Part shown: piece after piece, positions 36,320 through 47,141 of the stretch
Position numbering within the stretch: the first letter of the stretch is position 1
How the letters are laid out: each line of letters begins with the position of its first letter
Assembly (NCBI RefSeq): GCF_011045215.1
Contig: NZ_CP049201.1
Direction: 5' to 3' (one strand)
DNA: 64,000 nucleotides
From: Escherichia coli
Lineage (GTDB): Bacteria; Pseudomonadota; Gammaproteobacteria; Enterobacterales; Enterobacteriaceae
Made by a program: the position numbers and the translations under genes
Notes under the pieces: generated by a model
What the model saw: only the letters and a program-made list of their open reading frames with translations
What the model was told of the DNA's origin: nothing
The model's database searches: none

Positions 36320-37909
36320 TCAGCTCAACGCCAGTAGCTGACGCGTATACTCCTGCTGCGGTGTGGCAAACACGCGCGCGCACGGTCCTTGTTCCACTAC
36401 TTCCCCTTGTCGCAGTACGATAACCTGATGACATAACGCGCGGACAACGTGCAAATCGTGGCTGATAAACAAATAGGCCAGTTGATGCTTTTGTTGCAAT
36501 GATTTCAATAGCGTCAATATTTGCGCCTGTACCGTTTTGTCGAGTGATGATGTCGGTTCATCAAGTATGATCAGCGAGGGCTTAAGAATTAATGCCCTGG
36601 CAATCGCAATACGTTGTCGCTGACCACCAGAGAACTCCGCCGGATAACGGTGGCGTGTTTCAGGATCTAATCCCACTTCATGCATCACGGCTATCACTTG
36701 TTGTTCGCGTTGTGCGGCAGAAAGCGTCGGCTGGTGAACCCGTAAGCCTTCCTCAATAATCTGCAAAACGTTGAGTCGTGGGTTGAGCGAGGAGTTTGGA
36801 TCCTGAAATACCACCTGAATGCGATGACGAATAGGTAACAGCTGGCGGCGATTTAAATTTTGCAGTGGCTGACCGTCAAAGATGATGCTGCCCTGAGAAT
36901 TAATCAGTCGCAGCAGCGCCAGTCCCGTCGTGCTTTTCCCGGAACCGGACTCGCCCACTAAACCCAGTGTTTCACCCGCTCGTAGCGTAAAACTGATGTT
37001 TTTCACCACCACATTATGATCCACAATGCGTTTCAAAATCCCTTTGCGAATGGGGAAGGCAACCTGAAGCTGTTCAACATCCAGCAACGTTGAGGCAGGT
37101 TCTGGCAACGGCACTGGATCGCCTGACGGTTCACTGTTGAGTAGCTTTTGTGTGTAAGGATGAGTGGGTGAGGCAAATAGCGTAGCGGCGTAATTTTGCT
37201 CGACACAGCGACCGTTTTGCATTACCGCCACGCGGTGGGCCAGTTTTCTGACAATGCTGAGGTTATGAGTAATAAACAGCATGCCCATATTCAACTCGCC
37301 TTGCAGTTCGCGCAACAGCTGTAAAATCTGCGCCTGGACAGAGACGTCCAGTGCGGTGGTCGGTTCATCGGCAATTAATAATTCCGGTCGCGTTAACAGC
37401 GCCATCGCAATCATCACCCGCTGGCGTTCGCCGCCGGAGAGCTGATGCGGATAATCTGTCAGCCGTTTTGCCGCCTGGCGGATACCAACGCGATCAAGGC
37501 AGTTAAGAATTTCGCCACGAGCCGCTTCCCGACGCATCCCGCGGTGGAGTGAAAGCACTTCATAAAGCTGTTTTTCCAGGGTATGCAATGGATTTAACGA
37601 CACCATCGGCTCTTGAAAAATCATGGCGATCTTATTACCGCGTACACCGCGCAACGTTTGGTCGCTGGCATGAAGCAGCGATTCGCCATGAAAACGAATA
37701 TCGCCGGAGAGATATTCAACCGGCGGGGAAGGGAGCAGGCGTAAAATTGACAGCGCGGTAACGCTTTTGCCTGAACCTGACTCACCCACCAGCGCCAGCG
37801 TTTCGCCAGCCTCAATCTGTAGTGAAACATCATTGACTACTGTACGTACGGTTTGCTGATGGCGAAAACCCACCGACAAATCTTCAATCGCTAACAGAGT
37901 TTGCGTCAT
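36320..37909 (-). CDS. yejF: ABC transporter ATP-binding protein YejF (duplicated ATPase domains)
   Basis: 529 aa from MTQTLLAIEDLSVGF…; two Walker A motifs (GESGSGKS) and two LSGG signatures. Confidence 0.93.
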   Translation of the reverse strand: MTQTLLAIEDLSVGFRHQQTVRTVVNDVSLQIEAGETLALVGESGSGKSVTALSILRLLPSPPVEYLSGDIRFHGESLLHASDQTLRGVRGNKIAMIFQEPMVSLNPLHTLEKQLYEVLSLHRGMRREAARGEILNCLDRVGIRQAAKRLTDYPHQLSGGERQRVMIAMALLTRPELLIADEPTTALDVSVQAQILQLLRELQGELNMGMLFITHNLSIVRKLAHRVAVMQNGRCVEQNYAATLFASPTHPYTQKLLNSEPSGDPVPLPEPASTLLDVEQLQVAFPIRKGILKRIVDHNVVVKNISFTLRAGETLGLVGESGSGKSTTGLALLRLINSQGSIIFDGQPLQNLNRRQLLPIRHRIQVVFQDPNSSLNPRLNVLQIIEEGLRVHQPTLSAAQREQQVIAVMHEVGLDPETRHRYPAEFSGGQRQRIAIARALILKPSLIILDEPTSSLDKTVQAQILTLLKSLQQKHQLAYLFISHDLHVVRALCHQVIVLRQGEVVEQGPCARVFATPQQEYTRQLLALS

Positions 37910-37910
37910 G

Positions 37911-38411
37911 CTACACCGCCTTATTAGGATCAAATGCGTCGCGGACGGCTTCACCAATAAAGATCAGCAAAGACAATAATATCGCCACCGACAAGAAGGC
38001 GGTGATCCCAAGCCACGGAGCCTGAAGGTTATTTTTCCCTTGTAACAGCAGTTCACCGAGTGACGGTGAACCGAGCGGCAGACCGAAGCCGAGGAAATCG
38101 AGTGAGGTCAGGGTGGTGATCGAACTACATAAAATAAACGGTAAAAAAGTGAGGGTAGCGACCATGGCATTTGGCAACATATGACGCAGGATGATACTGC
38201 GATCGCTGACGCCAAGCGCCTGCGCCGCACGAATGTAGTCGAAATTACGGGTACGTAAAAACTCCGCCCGCACCACGCCGACCAGACTCATCCAGCCAAA
38301 CAAGACAGTAATTGCCAGCAGCCACCAGAAGTTAGGCTGTACGACGCTGGAAAGTAAAATAATCAAAAACAGCGTCGGCATCCCCGACCATACTTCAATA
38401 AAGCGTTGCCC
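37911..38411 (-). pseudogene. yejE: yejE remnant: C-terminal ~166 codons of the OppC-like permease YejE; N-terminal ~175 codons absent
   Basis: Minus-strand frame reads …[22 protein letters not shown]…AAQALGVSDRSIILRHMLPNAM…DAFDPNKAV, ending 1 nt before the yejF start; a full OppC-type permease is ~340 aa. Confidence 0.8.
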
Positions 38412-39031
38412 AGGCCGCGTAGAGGGAACAGGTCGAAATAGCTGCCGCCCGCGAAGAAGACAATCAGCAGGATGGCAAACAAAAAGGCCGGAATGGCGTA
38501 GCCGATGATGATAAATGCGCTACTCCAGACGTCAAAGCGGCTCCCATTATAAACAGCTTTGCGAATGCCTAACGGAATCGACACCAGATAGATAATCAGC
38601 GTGCTCCACAATCCGAGGGTGATGGAAACCGGCAGGCTGTCTTTAATCAGCGTCAGCACCGAGGCGCTGCGAAACAGGCTGTCACCAAAATCAAAGCGAA
38701 TGTAGTCCCAAAGCATTTTGAAGTAACGTTCGTGGATCGGCTTATCGAAACCGTAGCGATGGGTGATCTCAGCGATCACTTCTGGATCTAACCCGCGTCC
38801 GCCACGGTAATTACTGTCGCTGATATTGCCGACGCCTGTTTGCGCATGGCTGGCACGAACGCCTTCACCGCCTGCGCCGGGTAATACTCCGGCATTACCA
38901 AACTCAATGGCGGCGATGGCCTGGTCGACCGGACCGCCAGGCGCAATTTGCACGATGAAAAAGTTGATAGTGATAATCGCCCATAACGTTGGGATCACCA
39001 GCAACAGACGGCGAATCAGATAAGCGCCCAT
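38363..39031 (-). pseudogene. yejB: yejB remnant: N-terminal ~207 codons of the OppB-like permease YejB, then a 15-codon out-of-frame tail (…[15 protein letters not shown])
   Basis: ORF starts immediately after the yejA stop ([34 protein letters not shown]…) but stops after 222 codons; a full YejB is ~364 aa. Confidence 0.8.
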
Positions 39032-40852
39032 CTACTCTCCCTGTTGTCTGGCTGACGGCAGTTTGGCCGCTTTATTAACATCATACCACCAGGTATCGAT
39101 ACCCAGACTGTAAACAGGGCGCACAGCGGGTTGGGAGAATTTATCCCACCAGGCGAGACGGTCTTCCGCCATGTACCACATTGGCAGCATGTAATAATTC
39201 CACGTTAATACGCGATCCAGTGCTCGCCCTAACGGCAGTAATTTTTCTTTATTTCCCTGCGCGGCAATAATTTGGTTGATCAGCGAGTCGATAACCGGGC
39301 TTTGCACGCCGGGGGCATTATAAGTGGAATTGATATATTCCGATGACCAGGAAATCTGTAAATCGGAACTGGGCCACGGCATCGCCCGCCATACGCGCGG
39401 CATCATATCATAGTCGCGACTGCGCATGCGGTTGGTGATTTGCGAGTTATCCACCTTGCGAATGTCCATGTTGATACCCAGCCGTTGCAGGCTGTGCTGG
39501 AACGGCAATACCCACTGACTATTGCTGCTTGCAGGAAGCAATAATTCAAAGCTGAGCGGCTGACCCGTAGTGGCATTAACGCGTTGCTGACCTTTCAGCA
39601 CCCAGCCCGCTTCGTTGAGAAGTTTGTCGGCTTTTAACAGGTTGTCACGATCGTAGCCATCGCCTTTCGATACCGGCGGCTGGTAGATTTGTGTGAAGAC
39701 TTCTGACGGTAGATCTTTTTTCATTGGTGCCAGAAGCACCAGCTCCGCGGCGTCAGGGTAATTTCTGGCCGCGTATTCGGTATTCTGAAAATAACTGTTC
39801 GTGCGACTCCAGGCATTGTAAAACAACGCCTTGTTCATCCATTCAAAGTCAAAGGCGAGGGTGATTGCTTCCCGGACCCGGCGATCGCTGAATACCGGAC
39901 GTTGGATATTAAACGCCAGCCAGCGCGTATCCTGGGCTGATTCGTTCTTTTGCTCATCTTTGATGATGTATCTTTTATCGAAATTTTTACCGGTATAACG
40001 CGTGGCCCAGTTTTTAGCGTCGTTTTCCATACGCAAATCAAAGGCACCTGCTTTAAACGCTTCAAAGGCGACATTATCATCGAGGTAATAATCGTAGCGA
40101 ATGGTGTCGAAATTCCAGCGTCCACGGTTTACCGGTAAGTTTGCTGCCCAGTAATCTTTCACGCGGGAATAGACAATATTTTGCCCCATTTTCCAGGACG
40201 TAATGCGGTACGGACCACTGGCAAGCGGAGGCGTGGCGAGCGGATCGCTAAGTTTCTGATCCTTCCAGTACTTTTCTGGAAATACCGGCAGCGAAAACAG
40301 ACTCAACATATCTTCTTTGCCGGGTTTAGCTAACTCAATGCGCACGGTTAACGGCGCAATGGCTTTGACGGTGGTGCCTTTGTAGACCAGACGAAATTGC
40401 GGCACGCCTTCGGTCATAAATTTTTGAAAAGTAAACTCTACATCGCGGGCAGTAATGGGCGAACCATCATGAAAACGGGCGCGCGGATTAATAGCGACCT
40501 CCACCCAGGAATAATCGTCAGCATAGCGTGCACTTTCAGCAATCAGCGGGTAATAACTGCCTGGTTCGTCATCGGAAGTCGTAAATAGCGTGTCGTACAG
40601 CTGCTCGGTGCGTGCGCCCGGGTTGCCGCGCAGTGCATAGCGGTTGAAATTATCGAAGGTACCGAGGGCTGACAACGTTATCTGCCCACCTTTTGGCGCG
40701 GCGGGGTTCACATAATCAAAATGGTTGAAATTAAACGCGTACCGGGGTTCGCCCAGCACGGCAAAGGCATAGCTTTCCTTGATAGCCTGCGCCTGCGCAC
40801 CAAAGGTGAACAGAGCGATAAACAGCAGCAGTATGCGCACAATCATCTGCAA
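39032..40852 (-). CDS. yejA: periplasmic oligopeptide/microcin C-binding protein YejA
   Basis: ~604-606-aa ORF with signal peptide and family-5 solute-binding protein sequence; start may be the ATG two codons downstream (MIVRILLLF…). Confidence 0.93.
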   Translation of the reverse strand: MQMIVRILLLFIALFTFGAQAQAIKESYAFAVLGEPRYAFNFNHFDYVNPAAPKGGQITLSALGTFDNFNRYALRGNPGARTEQLYDTLFTTSDDEPGSYYPLIAESARYADDYSWVEVAINPRARFHDGSPITARDVEFTFQKFMTEGVPQFRLVYKGTTVKAIAPLTVRIELAKPGKEDMLSLFSLPVFPEKYWKDQKLSDPLATPPLASGPYRITSWKMGQNIVYSRVKDYWAANLPVNRGRWNFDTIRYDYYLDDNVAFEAFKAGAFDLRMENDAKNWATRYTGKNFDKRYIIKDEQKNESAQDTRWLAFNIQRPVFSDRRVREAITLAFDFEWMNKALFYNAWSRTNSYFQNTEYAARNYPDAAELVLLAPMKKDLPSEVFTQIYQPPVSKGDGYDRDNLLKADKLLNEAGWVLKGQQRVNATTGQPLSFELLLPASSNSQWVLPFQHSLQRLGINMDIRKVDNSQITNRMRSRDYDMMPRVWRAMPWPSSDLQISWSSEYINSTYNAPGVQSPVIDSLINQIIAAQGNKEKLLPLGRALDRVLTWNYYMLPMWYMAEDRLAWWDKFSQPAVRPVYSLGIDTWWYDVNKAAKLPSARQQGE

Positions 40853-40927
40853 CGGATTTCCTTTTACTCATCATTAGCCGCAATCCGGCATGCTTTCACT
40901 ATGAATAATAAGGGACGTAAGCACACC

Positions 40928-42484
40928 TTACCACTGCGGCGTATACGGTTTCTTCAGCCAGCGGACAAAATCGTCCAGCGGTAACGGGCGACTAATCCAG
41001 TAGCCTTGCATGAAATTAACGCCGCGTTCGCTTAGCCATCGCGCCTGTTCCGGCGTTTCGACCCCTTCAGCAACCGTCAGCATATTGAGGCGTTTCGCCA
41101 GCGTCAGCACCGCGTCAAGTACGGGTGAAGTGATCGTTTCCGTACCGATGGCGTTGATAAATCCACGGTCAATTTTCAGATAATCGAGCGTAAAACGCTC
41201 AAGATAGATAAGCGCGCTGTGCCCGGTGCCGAAGTCATCAATAGCAATTTCTACGCCGACCGAGTGCAGCCAGGCGAAGAGTTGTGTGGCTTCTTGCTCT
41301 TTCAGCATATCGCGCTCGGTAATTTCCAGCACAATCTGGAAATGGTGTGCGGGTAGGGAAGTGAGCAGTTTCTGGATATCTGCTTTAAAGCTTTCGCTGT
41401 GCAGATGGTCCGGCGCAATGTTAATACCAAATTTGACGCCTACCGGCAGCACTTTTTCTAATTCTGCGGCATCGCGGGCAATTAACTCAAACAGGTGCTG
41501 AGTCAGCGGCACAATCATCTTTTGCGATTCGGCAAAGTTAATGAAGGCATCCGGGGGAATTTCTCCCGCGACAGGATGCCGCCAGCGTAGCAGTACTTCC
41601 AGGCCCGTTACTCGCAAAGCTTGTGTATCCACCACCGGTTGATACGCCACGTAAAATTGTTCGCGCTTGATGGCGGTCATAATTTCTCTGCCGGGGCGCA
41701 TACGTACGCTCATCAGGTAATAGCAGAGCAGGCCAACGACAGTTCCACTCATGCCGCCCAGTAAAAATGCGTACCACACATCGTTCCATGTCCAGTCATC
41801 TGCATAAAGCCGAACGGTCAGAGGAATGCCCGCAATTTTAGTTTCACGGACTGGCATGTCGGTTAATTCATTAACGTTCATCAAACGTGAAGAAAAGGTA
41901 GATAGCGCAGTATTGCCAATAATGAGGGCGACGCCATCGTAATCTTCCTGCCGTGAACTATAAAAGAGTGAAGGCGTCAGGTTGAGATTCAGAGCGGCAA
42001 AGACGCCGCTATTTTTCAGCAAAGGGTTGCGATACCAGATGACGATTGCGGGTTTGTTCGGCACCATCGGCGTGCCGGGTAAGATCGCCATATCGACATT
42101 TTTATTAATGTCGAGCGCAGGAATCAATTCATTGAGTGGAATGTCCATCTCACCGGTCGCAGATGAACAGAATGTTTTTTTATCTTTCACCAGCACAAAC
42201 GTACGGACATTCATGCTAAACGCCGCGCGGGCGGTCAGTTCGGGGTTAGCCTGCTGGCAGGTATCTAAGGTCAGCGGCTGAAGCCGGTCAGTAGTGGATT
42301 TCAGGTCGGCAAAATAGGTATCGAGATACTTTTGTACGTCGGTAATCAGTGTGTCGTATTTGACTTCGTGCTTATGCCAGGCCACCAAAAACTGAAGGCA
42401 GCTCACCAGTATCGCAATCATTACGCCTGCAACAATGCAGGTAAGCAGGAGCTTACGTCCAGAATTGGGAGCGCGTATGAACAT
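40928..42484 (-). CDS. pdeN: c-di-GMP phosphodiesterase PdeN (Rtn)
   Basis: 518-aa ORF with N-terminal TM/periplasmic region and C-terminal EAL domain (…EVLLRWRHP…DDFGTGHS…). Confidence 0.93.
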   Translation of the reverse strand: MFIRAPNSGRKLLLTCIVAGVMIAILVSCLQFLVAWHKHEVKYDTLITDVQKYLDTYFADLKSTTDRLQPLTLDTCQQANPELTARAAFSMNVRTFVLVKDKKTFCSSATGEMDIPLNELIPALDINKNVDMAILPGTPMVPNKPAIVIWYRNPLLKNSGVFAALNLNLTPSLFYSSRQEDYDGVALIIGNTALSTFSSRLMNVNELTDMPVRETKIAGIPLTVRLYADDWTWNDVWYAFLLGGMSGTVVGLLCYYLMSVRMRPGREIMTAIKREQFYVAYQPVVDTQALRVTGLEVLLRWRHPVAGEIPPDAFINFAESQKMIVPLTQHLFELIARDAAELEKVLPVGVKFGINIAPDHLHSESFKADIQKLLTSLPAHHFQIVLEITERDMLKEQEATQLFAWLHSVGVEIAIDDFGTGHSALIYLERFTLDYLKIDRGFINAIGTETITSPVLDAVLTLAKRLNMLTVAEGVETPEQARWLSERGVNFMQGYWISRPLPLDDFVRWLKKPYTPQW

Positions 42485-42589
42485 GATTCCGTTAATTTCC
42501 TGAAATTACGACAACATTTAAAAGATAACAATGACCGGACTATAGCCTGGATCAAGACGCGGAAACATCATTTTCTCTGATGAATGAAA

Positions 42590-42622
42590 ACAAAAAAGCA
42601 CTGCCTAAGCAGTGCTTTCAGT
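42590..42622 (-). terminator. intrinsic terminator downstream of mepS
   Basis: Minus strand: GAAAGCACTGCTTAGGCAGTGCTTTTTTG. Confidence 0.8.
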
Positions 42623-42664
42623 TAACTCGTCAGGATAGCCAAGGGATTGCATCCAAACGGTTTA

Positions 42665-43231
42665 TTAGCTGCGGCTGAGAACCCGGCGTGCTTCGTTGTA
42701 ACGCTTCTTCCAGTACGGTTCATTCATGCTGGAAATAATAACACCACTGCTGGTGGAAGCATGGACAAACTGATTGTTGCCGATATAAATACCGACATGG
42801 CGTCCCGTTGAACCGGCACGGAACAGAACTAAATCACCCGTACGCAAATTACTGCGAGAAACAGATTTACCCATTTCCTGCTGTTCGTAAGTCGAACGCG
42901 GAAGTTCTAAGCCAAATTGCTCACGGAATGTACGTTGTACAAAACCAGAACAATCGATACCTTTTTTAGTGCTACCGCCCAGACGATAACGTACGCCTTT
43001 CCAGTCAGCATACTGATCCATAATTCGCGATTTTACGTCGACATTACGAACCAGGTTTTCAAATTCATCCTGAGAAGCTTGCAGTGATGATGTTTCACTA
43101 CCCACTGCACGTGTCTCAGGATGCATATTCTTTGCGGTGTTATTTGCACTACATGCAGAAAGCAGAACCGCTACTGCAATCGCGGGGATCCCGCGCAAGA
43201 TATATCTCAAAATCGGTTGAGATTTGACCAT
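42665..43231 (-). CDS. mepS: peptidoglycan DD-endopeptidase/LD-carboxypeptidase MepS (Spr), NlpC/P60 lipoprotein
   Basis: 188-aa ORF with lipobox (LLSAC) and NlpC/P60 catalytic Cys (…[10 protein letters not shown]…). Confidence 0.95.
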
Positions 43232-43642
43232 GTTGTTTGTTTTCCCTTGAAGTCCTTAACGACAAATATCGTTATAAAAAAATGCCAAGCGACACGAGAC
43301 TAATTACCTGGGCATGTTGAAACAATTCCTTAAGGCCAAATCTGTGGACTAACGCACAAAATTATATGCTGTGAGGATAATCTACCGCCGAGGCAAAACG
43401 AGTTCGAGATTACCCGATTGGTGCGGTCTTGGCGAGCGGTTTTACATGATTTTTTATAAGAAAAAGTGATACAGAAAGTTAATAAGCGGGATTGGTCAAT
43501 TAAAGTACGATTGAGTGAAATGCATGCAATCCATTCATTTACTTAGAGAATGATTTTTGCGTTCGATGGATGAAAGCACGGTGCGCATCATCAGGATTAT
43601 CCTCACTATAAAAATAAACCTGATGATGTTAATTACTGTGAG

Positions 43643-44356
43643 TTATTTGTTTTGGAAATGTTTGTTTTTTCCCGGTAGTGATTTGTCAAAAAAGGTGATT
43701 AATCGATCACTTAATGGCGTCAGCAACACCCAGGGCAAACCGATCAATATCACGGTCATCGAACCGACAATGATGTCAGTAAACCAGTGTGCGCCAATCA
43801 TTACTCTGGGAAACGCAAAAACCACAAAAATAATAAGGGCGATAAGACCTGCAACTTTGCCGAAATAACGCCACATGAATGCCGAAAAAATAAGCAGCAT
43901 CATGCCGTGATCGCCGGGAAAGCTATCTCGTGAGGCATCTTTCGTGGGGACAGAGAGCAGTTCGCTGACGCGGTTAATATCGGCAAAAGTCAATGTTGGG
44001 CTGGCCCGTTTTACAGGAATTAATGCCTGACCCAGCTGGTTTAATACCACTGCAGTTAATAGCATGACCAGACCAATAATCACGATACGTCGTCTGCCTG
44101 GGGCGTTTTCTTTCAGCCAGAAACTCAGCATCAACATACCCATCGCCAGCAGTGAACAACCGTCGAAGGCGCGATTGTTGGTCAATGCAACCAGCCACAA
44201 AAAGGCCTTACTTTCGACCAGTTTCTGATTAAAGAAATAAAAAATATCCGCATCAATCGGCAACCAGAATCCATGATTAACGGGAATATACCAGGAAAGA
44301 AACAGCGCGAGGCCGACAATATTCAACAACACTATTTGCGGCAAATTTTTAATCAT
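43643..44356 (-). CDS. lpxT: lipid A 1-diphosphate synthase LpxT (YeiU)
   Basis: 237 aa from the ATG at 44354-44356 (MIKNLPQIVLLNIVGLALF…); PAP2 membrane phosphatase family. Confidence 0.9.
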   Translation of the reverse strand: MIKNLPQIVLLNIVGLALFLSWYIPVNHGFWLPIDADIFYFFNQKLVESKAFLWLVALTNNRAFDGCSLLAMGMLMLSFWLKENAPGRRRIVIIGLVMLLTAVVLNQLGQALIPVKRASPTLTFADINRVSELLSVPTKDASRDSFPGDHGMMLLIFSAFMWRYFGKVAGLIALIIFVVFAFPRVMIGAHWFTDIIVGSMTVILIGLPWVLLTPLSDRLITFFDKSLPGKNKHFQNK

Positions 44357-44394
44357 ATTTTCTCTAATTATCTTACTGAAAAACGCAGGCAACC

Positions 44395-45381
44395 TTACGC
44401 GGTAGTCGCTAAACGAAGCTTCAACAGCGCGCTCTGCAAAGCATTCCAGTCAGCTTCGCTGCTGGAAATCAGCTCAATACGACTGTCCGGTGGCGCAACG
44501 TTTTGCGTTTCAATGTGCAGGTCATCGCCCTGACGGTTGATTCGCACCAGCCCTTCGGGAATACGCAGCACGCCTTTGACGCGCTCCACCGGTGCAAGTC
44601 GCGCCCATTCCAGAATGCCAATGGTGTCGAATACCGTATCAGCGTCGAATATCCAGCCGCAGGCCTGATGTCCTTGTCCACTGTTCAGACTGCGACGCCA
44701 GCGTTGATGCTCTGGCAGGCTTAACGCTGCTAACCCTTTTTTCACGACATGCTGATGAGAATGCGCGGCGCTGGCGGGCAACTCGGCTAAATTGCGACGC
44801 GGCAAATCCAGAAGATGACCGTCAACTTTCCCATGCTCACTGTGAATTAATTGCCGATCGCCACCATTTTGCTGCCACCAGCGCTGTAGCGCTTGCTCGC
44901 TTTCAGGTGTCGCACGGTCGGATTTATTGGCGACAATGATGTCTGCGGCAGCCAGCTGGTCACGGAAGTTTTCATTGCTGGCGCTTTTTTCGTCCAGCAG
45001 CAGGCGTGGATCGAGAATGCACAACGTGGCGCGTAGATCTATCCACGGTTCATAGACTGGTGCGGTTAAGAGATCGAGGATCTGTTTCGGATGGCCCAGC
45101 CCGGTCGGCTCTATCAACAAGCGGTCTGGTTTTCCCTGACGCAGTAAGGTATTCAACCCTACCTGCATGGGTAAACCATTAACGCAGCACATGCAGCCGC
45201 CGGGGATCTCTTTCAGCAGTGCGCCGCTATCGGCGAGCAAAGCACCATCAATTCCGACTTCCCCAAATTCATTAACCAGTACCGCCCATTTTTCGTTGGG
45301 ATCTTTATGGGCTAACAGATGAAGAATCGACGTGGTTTTCCCGCTGCCGAGAAAACCGGTGATGAGGTTGGTCCTGGTCAC
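44395..45381 (-). CDS. yeiR: zinc-binding GTPase YeiR (CobW/COG0523 family)
   Basis: 328-aa ORF with P-loop GFLGSGKTT and CxCC motif (GGCMCCV). Confidence 0.9.
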   Translation of the reverse strand: MTRTNLITGFLGSGKTTSILHLLAHKDPNEKWAVLVNEFGEVGIDGALLADSGALLKEIPGGCMCCVNGLPMQVGLNTLLRQGKPDRLLIEPTGLGHPKQILDLLTAPVYEPWIDLRATLCILDPRLLLDEKSASNENFRDQLAAADIIVANKSDRATPESEQALQRWWQQNGGDRQLIHSEHGKVDGHLLDLPRRNLAELPASAAHSHQHVVKKGLAALSLPEHQRWRRSLNSGQGHQACGWIFDADTVFDTIGILEWARLAPVERVKGVLRIPEGLVRINRQGDDLHIETQNVAPPDSRIELISSSEADWNALQSALLKLRLATTA

Positions 45382-45498
45382 AACGGCTCCGCAATACTCT
45401 GGTAAGTTAACTGAGCGTTAATCCTGGCTAAAAACGGCAGAAAAGAGAAGAGGAGAGCGGACGAAGGCGAGCTTCATCCGCTTTAACCGCAGAAATCG

Positions 45499-46974
45499 TT
45501 AAATTTTGAGGGTATTTAATAGCGCCTGATGCGCGCCGAATTGTGCGATTTGTTGCCAGGCTTGTTCGATGGCCTGCACAAAATGCGGGTTATCTGGCAG
45601 ATCATCACCGAAAACTTCACGCAGGGAAAGCAGGGCGGTGACGCGTTGCTCACTGCTGCTGCCCGCAACAAGATCGCGAATTTTATCGCTAAGCGGATCG
45701 CGAACATCAATGGCATTTCCGGCATCATCAACGCCGCTGACGTAACGCATCCAGCCTGCAACGCCTAATGCCAGCAACGACCAGTCCGTTTCGCGCCCCA
45801 GATGTATGCGAATACCTGCCAGCATGCGTTGCGGTAATTTCTGGCTGCCATCCATCGCGATTTGCCAGGTCTTATGTTTCAGCGCCGGATTAGCAAAACG
45901 TGCAATTAACTTATCCGCATATTGTGTTAAATCGACATCTTTAATCCGCAGTGTCGGCGCTTGCTCATCCAGCATTAATGTTCTGGCGGCATGGCGAAAT
46001 GCGCGATCCTGCATGCAATCACTGATATGGGCGAATCCTGAGAGGTAACCCAGATAAGCGAGAAAAGAGTGGCTGCCATTAAGCATCCGCAGTTTCATCT
46101 CTTCCCATGGCAGGACATCATTCACCATTTGTACACCTGCGACTTCCCAGGCAGGACGCCCAGCGACGAAGTTATCTTCCACCACCCACTGGATAAACGG
46201 TTCGCAGCTAATCGCGCAGGGATCATTCACCCCCAGATGCTGGCTGATTTCCGCCAGTGATTCGTTGGTTGCTGCCGGAACAATGCGGTCGACCATAGTT
46301 CCCGGAAAACTGACGTGCTCTTTTATCCACCCGGCGAGTTCTGGCGAACGTTTTTCTGCCATTCCCAGCACCGCGTTTTTCACCACATGGCCATTGTCGG
46401 GAATATTGTCACAGGAGAGCACGGTAAACGGTGTAAGGCCGCGCTCACGGCGGCGTTTCAGTGCTTCGACGAGAATACCCGGTGCGGAGTGAGGTTCTTC
46501 AGGGGTTTGTAGATCGTGAATAATCCGCGGATTGCTGGTGTCGAGTGCACCGGTGGCCGGGTCAATACAATAGCCTTTTTCGGTAATCGTCAGGGAAACA
46601 ATTGCCACCTGTGGCTCGCAAAATTTCTCAATAATTGCCGCTAAGGAATCCAGTTTTGCATTCAGGCATTCGTGAACGGCACCGACAATTATCGCCTGAT
46701 TGCCGTCCGCCCCTTTCTCCAGCACGGTGTATAAATGGTTCTGTGCGCGGAGCTGGCTCATCAGTTGATCACCGCTGAACAAGCTGATTTCACAGATCCC
46801 CCAGTCGCCGCCCTGGGCATTCAGCACACGATCGGTCAGTAACGCCTGATGAGCGCGGTGAAAGGCTCCAAAGCCAAAATGAACGATACGTGATTGCAAC
46901 TGCTGGCGATCGTAGCGTGGAGCGTGTACATGATGCGGGAGCGTAACGGAGGCGATTGTATTCATAGGAGTCAC
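45499..46974 (-). CDS. yeiQ: mannitol dehydrogenase-family oxidoreductase YeiQ
   Basis: ~488-491-aa ORF of the long-chain mannitol/fructuronate dehydrogenase family; start may be the ATG at 46965. Confidence 0.88.
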   Translation of the reverse strand: MTPMNTIASVTLPHHVHAPRYDRQQLQSRIVHFGFGAFHRAHQALLTDRVLNAQGGDWGICEISLFSGDQLMSQLRAQNHLYTVLEKGADGNQAIIVGAVHECLNAKLDSLAAIIEKFCEPQVAIVSLTITEKGYCIDPATGALDTSNPRIIHDLQTPEEPHSAPGILVEALKRRRERGLTPFTVLSCDNIPDNGHVVKNAVLGMAEKRSPELAGWIKEHVSFPGTMVDRIVPAATNESLAEISQHLGVNDPCAISCEPFIQWVVEDNFVAGRPAWEVAGVQMVNDVLPWEEMKLRMLNGSHSFLAYLGYLSGFAHISDCMQDRAFRHAARTLMLDEQAPTLRIKDVDLTQYADKLIARFANPALKHKTWQIAMDGSQKLPQRMLAGIRIHLGRETDWSLLALGVAGWMRYVSGVDDAGNAIDVRDPLSDKIRDLVAGSSSEQRVTALLSLREVFGDDLPDNPHFVQAIEQAWQQIAQFGAHQALLNTLKI

Positions 46975-47141
46975 GTCTTAGTAACGATTAATTAACAACG
47001 ACAGTGTAAAGTTATATGACAGCAATTGAAATTGGTCTGGATTGTTAATGCGATGAAGTGTGAGGACGATCAATCAACGAGTGAATATTGCGGGCGTAAG
47101 GTGTTCAGGAAGCGCAAAATAGAAGATTGGTATAATAAATC

